Shown here: one piece after another, positions 10,403 to 18,937 of the stretch | Position numbering within the stretch: the first letter of the stretch is position 1 | How the letters are laid out: the number at the start of each line of letters is the position of its first letter | Assembly (NCBI GenBank): GCA_937127245.1 | Contig: CAKZLU010000017.1 | Coordinates: forward strand, 3,452 to 67,451 | Source: an uncultured Actinomycetes bacterium | Lineage (GTDB): Bacteria > Actinomycetota > Geothermincolia > Fen-727 > JACVIW01 | Reading direction: 5' to 3' | Length of the DNA: 64,000 bases | Program-made: the position numbers and the translations under genes | The notes under the pieces: model-generated | Told to the model about the DNA's origin: nothing | The model's input: only the letters and a program-made list of their open reading frames with translations | Databases searched by the model: none

Positions 10403-11061
10403 TCATTTGCGTTGCCCTCGTTTTTCCGCTCTAAGACCCCTTAAAACAAGGTCCAAAGCGATGTGGTAGAGTTCCGCTTCGCGGAGATCGGGATACTCCT
10501 GGTAAGCTTTGATGACGAACATCCTGTAAATGCTGAATATTACCTGAGTGGCGGGTCAACATCGAGTTTGCGGAAGGTTCCCTCCTCGATGCCCTCTAAG
10601 ATTATGTCGCGGATCACCTTTACAGCCTGATTCTCGACCTCAGGGTATCTCGTGCTCATCCGGAACAGCGCTATCAGTTAGGGGTCGTGCTGCATCAGCA
10701 TTCTCAATTCCGGGTGTTCGAGAAGGTAGGCGAAAGCCTCCCGCCCGAGCGCATAGAACTTCTCTGGCGCGTTCTTCTTCGAGACTTCCTTGTTGATCTG
10801 CTCCTGCCACTTGAACATCGCATACGCGCACGCTTGAAGATACAGGTCTTCCTTGTCCCGGAAGTGGTTGTAGAAAGTGCCGTTCGCTATGCGCGCTTCG
10901 GAGGCTATTTCATCGAGAGTTGTCTTTCGGTAACCGTTTCTGGCAAAAGTTTTAACCGCGGCTTCGAGCAGCCTTTCCCTTCCGCTCCCGGGCCTCCCCC
11001 TTCTCGGTTTTGCGTTTTCTTGATTCAGCCTGTTTGAACTGCCACCCATTTCGAGTCTCAT
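10403..11061 (-). pseudogene. TetR/AcrR family regulator interrupted by an in-frame TAA and a frameshift
   Basis: The N-terminal HTH ORF (10678-11061) ends HDP*. Translation continues in frame after TAA (10678-10680) as LIALFRMSTRYPEVENQAVKVIRDIILEGIEEGTFRKLDV..., then shifts frame to ...YRMFVIKAYQEYPDLREAELYHIALDLVLRGL (stop ~10403). Rejoined, it has the length and layout of a TetR ligand-binding domain. Confidence 0.6.
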
Positions 11062-11522
11062 TCTAATCCCGCGCCGCGGAGGTTGTCTCTTGTGAGAAGC
11101 CCAGACTCCCCCAACTCGTCCGGCGCGCTTTGAAAATAATCGAAATCAACGGGCAGCAGCCCGGTGAGGGGTCTTGCATTCGACTATATGATTAAAAGCA
11201 GTCAGACAATCACATCTCCCATCGAATATTCCGCGGTCAAAAAGATTTCGGCGGAGCAACCCGTTATTGTGAAGTGGTGAGCAACACAGTAGTCATTCCA
11301 AGCGCCAGACGGATACGTTTGGCTCTTGATAGGGCTCGCGCGGCGCTCGCTGTCCACAACCTTACTCAGGGACGTAAGGGACTCGGATGCTCCCTACCAA
11401 CACAGCCCGCTCAACCTTCCGCATGTCAATTATCAATCGGATCCGTATTGGCATATCCATTTCAATCGGAACACCACTTGAGGTCATGAAAGGGACCTGA
11501 GCCGTTAACTCAACTTACAAGC

Positions 11523-12730
11523 GTGAAGAAGAAAGGAGAAAAAATGGAAGGGATAAACACACCCGAAACATCCGCTGACCCTAAGGAGTTAGGGTTTGAC
11601 CCCGACCGGCTTAAGAGCATGAAGCGCTCTATCCAAGCCGATATCGAAAAGGGACTCTACGATGGAGCTGTCTTCATAGTGGCACGGCACGGACAGATTG
11701 CCCTGCATGAGGCGACAGGAAAGACCGACCTGGAGAAAACACGGAATCGAAAACCGATGACATCTTCTTCATCAAGTCCATAAGCAAGCAATTCACAGCC
11801 GTGCGGGTCATGATGGACATCGAGCGGGGCAAAAACGGCTTCAACACGCCCGTCAAAGACATAATCCCCGATTTCGGCAAGAAGGGGAAAGAGCGCGTCA
11901 CGATAGGGCAGATACTGACTCACACGAGCGGTCTGAACAGCGAAATACCCTACGAGCTCCCCGTTGACCAACTCGGCAACATCGAGGCTGTAACAGCCGC
12001 CTGCGCGAACGAGCGCCTCCTGTTCACCCCGGGAGCGATTCTCGCATACAACAGCATCGCGGCATTCTCCATCCTCGGCGTCATCGTGCAGCGCTCTGAT
12101 GAGAAAGGACGTCCTTACCGCCAGATGCTCCGCGAGGATTTGTTCGAGCCGCTCGGAATGGTTGACGCTTATCTGGGTCTGCCCGACACCTCTCGTGAGC
12201 GAATCGTTCCCGTGGCGGTAAGAGACCAAACTCCCGGTCTCTTCGAGCCGATCCTCCTGGATGCAATGAGCTTCAGCGCAAACGAGGAGACTGAACTTCC
12301 CGCCGGGAGCTGCACATCCACCGCAACAGACGTATTCCGCTTCATGGAGATGATGCGCCAGGGCGGTGAGCTGAACGGCGTGAGGATACTGTCGCCCGCG
12401 ATGGTCAAGACAGCCACAACCTGCCAGACAGGCGACATGCGAAACCATCTGCTCGACTACATGAACGAGATGTACGGCTGGAATGATAGCGAACTTTCGC
12501 TCGGCATGGCCTTCTTTGTCAAAAGCGGCAAAGCAAGGGTTACTCCGCCTGTCACCACAACCTCACCTGGCACCTTTGCGGCAATGGGCGCGGGCTCAAC
12601 AATAACCTGGGTTGACCCAGAGCTCGACCTCACTTTCGTGTTCCTGTCAGCGGGACTCCTCGAGGAGGGGGCGAGCATAACACGCCACCAGCGCCTTTCG
12701 GACATGGTGGTAGCGGCAGTGTCGGATTGA
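11523..12730 (+). pseudogene. beta-lactamase-fold serine hydrolase (class C / PBP-like), frameshifted
   Basis: The upstream ORF (11523-11783) is the N-terminus. The SxxK active-site motif (DDIFFIKSISKQFTAV) sits in a third frame that joins directly into the downstream ORF 11801-12730 (MRVMMDIERGK...HTSGL). One indel near 11750. Confidence 0.7.
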
Positions 12731-12752
12731 GTCTTTCAAGGGGGCGATAAGA

Positions 12753-13537
12753 TTGCCGGATTACAGAGACAAGTTCAAGGACAGGGTCGCGCTCGTGACG
12801 GGAGCAGCTTCCGGCATAGGGCTTGAAACCGCGCGGCTGTTCGTGGAAAACGGGGCGAATGTCATCGAGGCGGACCTCGACGAGGAGAGCCTGAGGAAAG
12901 CCGAGTCCGATCTTGGGAAGCGGTTTGCCGGCAAGGTGTGCGACGTCTCAAATGATGAGGACGTAAGGGCGCTCGCAGATTACATCGAGAACGAACGCGA
13001 CAGGCTTGATGTCATCGTGAACAACGCCGGGGTGGGGCGGCTGGCGACGGTCGATCAGATGACCGAGGAGGATTTTTGCTTCCATTACGACGTGAACGTG
13101 AAGGGTCCGATGCTAATGGTGTCCCGATGCCTGAATTGCTTGAGGAAATCGGACTACGCATCGATCGTGAACGTGTCATCGAGCGCGGCCCGGGCGGTCC
13201 TCGGAGGGCTTCACTACCTCTACTCCTCTTCAAAGTAGCGTTTCTTGCATACGCGGAGCACCTTGCGCGCAACCTCCCAGGGATCCGCGCGAATACCATC
13301 CTGCCCGGCTGGATCGACACACCCATATACGAGCGCGCAGGTGTCTCGCGCGAGTTCGTGGAAGAGGTTTACGGCAGGGTGATCCCTAAAATTCCCGCTG
13401 GGAGAATAGGGAATCCACGCGATGTGGCGGAATGCATCGTTTTTCTATGCTCGAAAGCCGCATCATACGTGAACGGGGCTGCTCTCGATGTCGGAGGGGG
13501 ATTGCTCACCGGCGTGGACTGGGCTTGGCCTTTCTGA
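12753..13537 (+). pseudogene. SDR family oxidoreductase, frameshifted at the catalytic YxxxK
   Basis: ORF1 ends ...NVSSSAARAVLGGLHYLYSSSK*. ORF2 (other frame) continues VAFLAYAEHLARNLPGIRANTILPGWIDTP. Rejoined, this gives a canonical SDR catalytic segment with a single-base indel near 13237. Confidence 0.7.
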
Positions 13538-13835
13538 GAAGATTTACGCGATACGGAGGCTTTGGAAATTTAACGCAGAAATTCAAGCGGTTTTGCTGTT
13601 TTCCGCTGGAATCACAAGGCCTTAGGAGAATTAGGGCGAGATGCGAGGGTTTTCAAGTATTCCAAGTAAAAACGGATAACCGGCGTCATCACACCATTGT
13701 TCATGCCAAAAGCGAAATCCTAAAAATACACTTTTGCCCATATGCGGTAGCCGAAGCAAACCCTTATCTCTTCCCTACTTCATCCCTCAATCCGCTCGTT
13801 ACCTTTTCAAAAGAGGGTTTTAAATGCGACCAAGA

Positions 13836-14600
13836 TCACTTCTTGCGCTTCTTGAGGGATTCGAGGAGGGACTCAATGCGGGCTTTGTTGTCATCAGAGC
13901 CGATGTAGGACCTGAACAGCCACTCTTGAGTCCTCATCGCTGTATCAAGGTCCATCCCGAGCACGCTAAAGCCGAGCCGCTTTATCTCCGCGAGGCACTC
14001 TCGGTCGCAGGAAGCCATCTGGCGTGCTATTTCATCAACGGACTCCACAACCTTCCCCTCGGGGAATACCTTGCTTACATAACCAATGCGATAAGCTTCC
14101 TGAGCGTCTATTATCCTGCCGGTGAGCGCAAGTTCTTTAGCCGGTCCCATTCCAACTATCCTCCAGAGCGGGTCGAGCAGGGGAGTAAGCGAGAGAATGA
14201 CTTCCCTCTGCCCGAATCTCGCCCTCTCGGATGCGTAGCGGATGTCGCACATCAAGGTGAGATCGAAACCTCCCGCGATGGCGGGTCCACCAACCGCCGC
14301 TATGACCGGTTGGCCGCAGAAGAGTATGGAACGGTATGCCCTGTGGAAAAGCGCCGTAAATTCCTCATTCGATTCCTTTTTTATGGTCTTGATGTAGTCG
14401 AGGTCAAAACCTGCGGAAAACATCTTCTCCCCGCCCGTGAGCACAATGACGTTAACATCCCTGTTCTGGTCGAGTTCGGTGAAGACATCCTCGATCTCTG
14501 AGAGCACCTCCGGGGACAGAGAATTGCCCTTCTCGGGTCTGTTTATTGTCACAGTCGCGAATTTGTAAGAAATCGAAACAAATAAGTATTTCTCGCCCAT
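13836..14600 (-). CDS. enoyl-CoA hydratase/isomerase (crotonase family)
   Basis: Crotonase-fold motifs (TINRPEKGNSLS, VIVLTGGEKMFSAGFDL, VIAAVGGPAIAGG). Confidence 0.85.
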   Translation of the reverse strand: MGEKYLFVSISYKFATVTINRPEKGNSLSPEVLSEIEDVFTELDQNRDVNVIVLTGGEKMFSAGFDLDYIKTIKKESNEEFTALFHRAYRSILFCGQPVIAAVGGPAIAGGFDLTLMCDIRYASERARFGQREVILSLTPLLDPLWRIVGMGPAKELALTGRIIDAQEAYRIGYVSKVFPEGKVVESVDEIARQMASCDRECLAEIKRLGFSVLGMDLDTAMRTQEWLFRSYIGSDDNKARIESLLESLKKRKK

Positions 14601-14755
14601 GATTAACCTCCTAATCTACACCAAAGTGCCCAATGGTTTGACTAAGCATCGCCATCACCCAGCATCAAGCCTTTTGGCACTGCTATCTTATCAAGAAGCA
14701 TCGCTTTTTAAGACCGCCCCGCCGTGCCGTATCCAAGCACTTTGAAACCACGCTC

Positions 14756-14905
14756 GCCGAGTATATGGCGCTCTTGTGTGTGGCGCACTTGTATATGACG
14801 CTCTTGTATGCGGTGCTCTTGTGCGCGGCGTTATTGTTTGCGGCGCCAATCATTACGCCCTTTATACCGTAATTGGTCAATTGCGCGGTACTCTCGTGTG
14901 CGGCG
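14756..14905. repeat. tandem array of ~10 degenerate 15-bp repeats (consensus GGCGCTCTTGTGTGC)
   Basis: Consecutive 15-mers ggcgctcttgtgtgt / ggcgcacttgtatat / gacgctcttgtatgc / ggtgctcttgtgcgc / ggcgttattgtttgc / ... The array lies 150-300 bp upstream of the crotonase start in a ~1 kb ORF-poor region. Confidence 0.6.
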
Positions 14906-15569
14906 CTCCTTATCTTGACCGCATCGTAAAAGCTGCGCTTGAGAGAACTGGCGAGATTTTTTGATAAAGGGGAGCTTCTGCGGTTTCACGTGTATTAAGG
15001 CAGTGGATGCGTGTTTATGCGCTTGAAAGGGCGTATTCGTGTTTATCCGTATCAAGAAATAAGCGCCGCATGGCGGTCCGATAACAGAGACCCGCCTTTC
15101 ACGCGACAGAATACGATGCGCAGGTAATGAGTGTCCTCCTGTTTGAAAAAAGATTCTCGTTCGGTGGTAATACCGTCATAAGCGTTCTTCCAGTCATTCC
15201 ATCCGATGTAGTGTGTTGGGAAACACAAACCGGTCCTGACAAAAGCCTGAAGCCGCGTATTCAAGGTGCTTACACTCCACTCAGACCATGATTTGTCCGC
15301 GCTTAACGCGCGCTGGACTTTTAAGACTTAATGCCGCCGACTATACCGTCTATACCTATACCCCGATCGCTTCCCTGTTTTCGCTTCCCGTCTTTTAGTA
15401 TCAATGGCTATCGGACTTAACCCAGACCCTAATCAGCGCGAAATAGCCTATCAAAACGCTAATTTTTAGAAAGCAGGCCAAAGGGCTTTGTTGAACGTGC
15501 CACAGCCGCAATTAAGGGTAATTTCCTCAATCTCCTTCCCTAAGGTTAATCTGATTATCTCCAATTGCA

Positions 15570-16139
15570 TTATTCTTGCCGCAATTTGCGTTTGCGCGCT
15601 TCGACCTCTTCGGCTATCACCTCGCGGGGGGAACCCAAATCGCAGAGCGCTTTGAAGTCCGAAATTAAGATGTATAATTCTCGGTCATTGCCTCTCTCGT
15701 CATTGTACTTTATGACAAGGTAGTGTGTTGTGGGGCTGTCCGGAGTATGTTCCTTGACGGTTGTCACATTGTTTATTTTTTCAAGCGGGATAACCGTGAG
15801 CTCATCTCCAAATCGGTATATGAACTCAGAGTCTTTGATCTCTAAATAACATTTATCCGGATGTCTTCTGTGCTCGAAAAATTTTTTGAAAAGACTGGCG
15901 AACACGGCTGCAAATCCTCCCGCGAAAATGCAACCAATGAGCAGGAAAAGAACCATCTTCATGTTCCTGTCGTAGAAATAGACGTTTGCCGCGCCTATAA
16001 GCAAAGCTATTGCGCACAGTGTGGCTGCCGATGTGGCAAAGCCCATGAAAACAACTGATATTATCCCAGGCTTACCTGCAACCACACGGAAAACCTCATC
16101 ATTTGTCTCACCAGATTTTTGCATCTTTTCCATTTCCAA
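15570..16139 (-). CDS. two-TM membrane protein with a C-terminal soluble (bacterial PH-like?) domain, paralog A
   Basis: 189 aa with two N-terminal hydrophobic helices. The C-terminal domain is paralogous to 16721-17278 (shared Y-x-I-x-S-x-F-x-YR ... IPLxKI..VTT ... LVIKY.DE ... S.FK.L...GSP.EVI). Confidence 0.6.
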   Translation of the reverse strand: MEMEKMQKSGETNDEVFRVVAGKPGIISVVFMGFATSAATLCAIALLIGAANVYFYDRNMKMVLFLLIGCIFAGGFAAVFASLFKKFFEHRRHPDKCYLEIKDSEFIYRFGDELTVIPLEKINNVTTVKEHTPDSPTTHYLVIKYNDERGNDRELYILISDFKALCDLGSPREVIAEEVEARKRKLRQE

Positions 16140-16265
16140 AAGGAAAAACGCATTAAGGGTTGCAGATTTTGTATAGATTCTAACACGCGCCAGATCGTCA
16201 ACAAACGCGCAAATGCTCCACGGGAAACTCCTCGAAAGACCGTTAGCATTTCCAGTTTCACCGCA

Positions 16266-16317
16266 GGATTTTTGGGTAACCCCATAGTTCCAAAAAGTGT
16301 TCCAACAATGGAGAGGG
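16266..16317 (-). promoter_or_regulatory. conserved upstream element of paralog A (GGATTTTTGGGTAACCCCATAGTTCCAAAAAGTGTTCCAA...)
   Basis: ~50-nt sequence 127-178 nt upstream of the paralog A start. About 75% identical to the element upstream of paralog B (17374-17425). Confidence 0.35.
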
Positions 16318-16720
16318 AAAAGAGGGAGGAGGTCTGTGGAGCAAAAAGAAGCAACGCATCAGCCCAAAGGAGATAAGCCCACCGCACGCGGCACGCGAGA
16401 TTTCCTTCCGCCCGAAGGGTATTTGAGCAGTCGCCGTAAAACAAAGTTGGTCTTTGTGATGGTAAGAAAACTGCTCATGTAGTTGCTATTAAAAAGATGG
16501 AATTGGGTGTCTTAAAGCCATCGCGCAGGAGGGACAAGGTAGTTTTCGGCATGGAGGGTGTGCCAAAGTAAAGGGATTGCGGCTATGTCTAACTTGCACC
16601 TACCTTTCCAACCCCTTGGTGAACCGCCGGAACTTGGTAATTCCTTTTCGCCCGCGGCTTCGCGGCATTCCCGTGTAACATGAGGCTTCCCTCACGGGGC
16701 TTCCAAAGCGTTCACAACCA

Positions 16721-17278
16721 TCAAGGACGGTGCTCAACTCTACGTTTCTTTATCTCCCGGGTGATCACTTCATCAGGCGAGCCGTACTCGGAAAGGGGTT
16801 TGAAAGACGATAAGGGTATTACAAGTTCTTTCTTTAAATCCTCTTCATCAAAGTACTTGATTACAAGGTCATATGATACCGGGTAGAGTAGATGCGCTCT
16901 TGTTTCTGTAGTAACCTCAGTGATTTTCGCAAGCGGGATAGATGTACAGTTTCTTCTATTTCTGTATGAGAATTTGGAACCGCTAATATCGATGTAATAA
17001 TTTTCCGGGTTTCTCCACTGGTCGAATAAGCTTACGAACACACGAGTGAAACGGTATGCAAGCCCAGAGGCGATGAGGAAAAAGGGAAAGAGCATACCGG
17101 TAATCATAAAGTCCTTCTCGTATATTAAGAGATCCAGAGTGCCGACAAACAAAGCAATCGCACAGATTAAAGGCGTGACCGCCGCGATTGCCCAAGAGGC
17201 AAGTGTTATTGCAACCGCTTTATCGGCAAGCATGTGAAAGGATTCAAGTTCAGGCGAACTTTGATCAGGCATCCGCAT
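16721..17278 (-). CDS. two-TM membrane protein with a C-terminal soluble (bacterial PH-like?) domain, paralog B
   Basis: 185 aa with the same architecture and conserved C-terminal motifs as 15570-16139. Confidence 0.6.
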   Translation of the reverse strand: MRMPDQSSPELESFHMLADKAVAITLASWAIAAVTPLICAIALFVGTLDLLIYEKDFMITGMLFPFFLIASGLAYRFTRVFVSLFDQWRNPENYYIDISGSKFSYRNRRNCTSIPLAKITEVTTETRAHLLYPVSYDLVIKYFDEEDLKKELVIPLSSFKPLSEYGSPDEVITREIKKRRVEHRP

Positions 17279-17373
17279 CCAATCAGATTGCGGTGCCGAT
17301 AGCGCGACAAGGAAACAAGAAGGATTGTATCAAATGAGGAAAATGATTTAGCACCCCAACTTTTTTCAAACAT

Positions 17374-17425
17374 GGATTTGGTCTAAACCCCATAGGACCA
17401 AAAAGTCTTCCAATTGCAGAGAGAC
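17374..17425 (-). promoter_or_regulatory. conserved upstream element of paralog B (GGATTTGGTCTAAACCCCATAGGACCAAAAAGTCTTCCAA...)
   Basis: Matches the element at 16266-16317 and sits 96-147 nt upstream of the paralog B start. Confidence 0.35.
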
Positions 17426-17446
17426 AAGCGGAAAGTGTTCCGCTTC

Positions 17447-17501
17447 ATAAAAAATGAGACACCTCCAAGTTGGATGATATCATCCATAACACTGGGAGGT
17501 G
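17447..17501 (-). terminator. intrinsic terminator candidate downstream of the EVE-fusion gene
   Basis: Stem CACCTCC/GGAGGTG enclosing the perfect palindrome TGGATGATATCATCCA. On the minus strand it is followed by TCTCATTTTTTAT. Confidence 0.4.
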
Positions 17502-17554
17502 GAACACGGAAAAGAAGAGGAAGCGGAACAGTTTAACAGCAGCCAACGAATTCT

Positions 17555-18649
17555 TTACTCCACTTCGAAACAAGGCTCGGCTATTTCATCAATGAACTCG
17601 GGTTTCAAAACATGGAGTAAATCTTTCGCCTGTTCAATTTTTTCTTTCAGTGCCGAGTACGAAATGTATTGACAGCATTCCGACAGCGGCGGTTTTAATC
17701 TCGCAAACGTTGGCCTCATTATTTCTTTAATAACCTTTTCACGCCTCTCCTCTGGCGCAACTATGTACAGTTTTATCTTTATATTCGGTTGCATTGAGAT
17801 AAGATCTGACATTCTAAGAATTCCGCTGTATACCGAACTCGTGTGTTCCACTTCAAACGCCGCAAAGATTGATTTACCATCAAGCCAAACAACATCTATA
17901 TTCTTAATCGTACTATTTGTTGCCTCGTCAAAGTGGAGGGGGATTTCGTCCACGCAGTAATCAGCAAATTTCATTCCTTTGTACTCTTTGTTTTTATCAT
18001 TCCGAGCAACACTTACGTCAAAGCTAAGATTTCTGCCAAGATCAATCAGCAACCACTGGATTTCTTCATGGCTAACTTTAGTCGGCAAACTTTCGATTTC
18101 TGATTCATCCTCCTCGGGAACAGTAACAATGCCCCCTTCGGTTGGATAAGTCGGAAATACTTTGGGAACCCTCCTGTATTTTTTCTCATCATAAGGAAAG
18201 GGCCTTGGATTCTTCTGTGCATTTTCCATCGCTTCTATAACCACACGTGCGTCTTCGGGTTTCATCTTCGCCGGCGATCCCCGAAAATATCCGGTCCATG
18301 CATGGGGGCTTTTCATATCTTGAAAGTACGAAAGCTTATCTTTGAGGTTAAGTATAGGGACTGCATTTTCCGGCTTGAGAAGAATCAATGGCTTGACAGG
18401 GAATCTACACGGAAAAATCTCCTGAGACCATATTGTTTTCTCAGTGTCGTAATAGGTAGGACCAGTCACCTCCAGCAAGCCGATCCACCGTGAAATGCCA
18501 GTACAGTAGCAAAGTAGGTAATCACCGGGCTTTACCTGCTTACAGACCTTTTCTCTTGTTTCCCTGAACCCTGATACGTTGGCCCCTGCCCCGAGAAACT
18601 CATCCCATGTTGTCCCAGTGAACAAGTCAAGCCAGTAACTTCGACCCAT
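17555..18649 (-). CDS. EVE (PUA-like) domain fusion protein; candidate modification-dependent restriction endonuclease
   Basis: The N-terminus (YWLDLFTGTTWDEF...VKPGDYLLCYCTGISRWIGLLEVTG) fits the EVE/PUA-like fold. The C-terminal ~150 aa carry a conserved acidic block (DVVWLDGKSIFAAFEVEHTSSVYSGILRMSDL ... LYIVAPEERREKV) compatible with a nuclease-type domain. The gene is visibly lower in GC than its flanks and has its own terminator. Confidence 0.65.
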   Translation of the reverse strand: MGRSYWLDLFTGTTWDEFLGAGANVSGFRETREKVCKQVKPGDYLLCYCTGISRWIGLLEVTGPTYYDTEKTIWSQEIFPCRFPVKPLILLKPENAVPILNLKDKLSYFQDMKSPHAWTGYFRGSPAKMKPEDARVVIEAMENAQKNPRPFPYDEKKYRRVPKVFPTYPTEGGIVTVPEEDESEIESLPTKVSHEEIQWLLIDLGRNLSFDVSVARNDKNKEYKGMKFADYCVDEIPLHFDEATNSTIKNIDVVWLDGKSIFAAFEVEHTSSVYSGILRMSDLISMQPNIKIKLYIVAPEERREKVIKEIMRPTFARLKPPLSECCQYISYSALKEKIEQAKDLLHVLKPEFIDEIAEPCFEVE

Positions 18650-18937
18650 CCTTAACCCCCATTTCAGCGCGTCTTATTGGGATAATTTAGATATCCCTGG
18701 TGAATTTTACCACATAAGAGGGTTTGGTTTGCTTGGAATAGTCTTCGACTTAGAGCGCTCGGGGGTGGAATTGTTTCGCCCCTTTTATGCGTCTCTCTCC
18801 AAAAAATTATGTGTGTTTAGAGTTTTTAGGCCACCCTGGTCAATTCATTCTCTACTCACAGACGGATACTACCTCTTGTAGTTAAACACACAAAAGCGCC
18901 AACTGCACAACATGGTTAATCCCTGTGCAGGGGAACC

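Noticed and set aside
11657-12448. 263-aa ORF on the minus strand
   Set aside because: It is antisense to the well-supported beta-lactamase-fold gene. It has low-complexity Cys/His/Arg-rich composition typical of a spurious long ORF in GC-rich antisense frames.
13824-14501. 225-aa ORF on the plus strand
   Set aside because: It is antisense to the crotonase gene, which has canonical motifs. No motifs of its own.
16061-16444. 127-aa ORF between the two membrane-protein paralogs
   Set aside because: It overlaps the start of paralog A and runs through the conserved upstream element. No RBS or motifs. More likely non-coding regulatory DNA.
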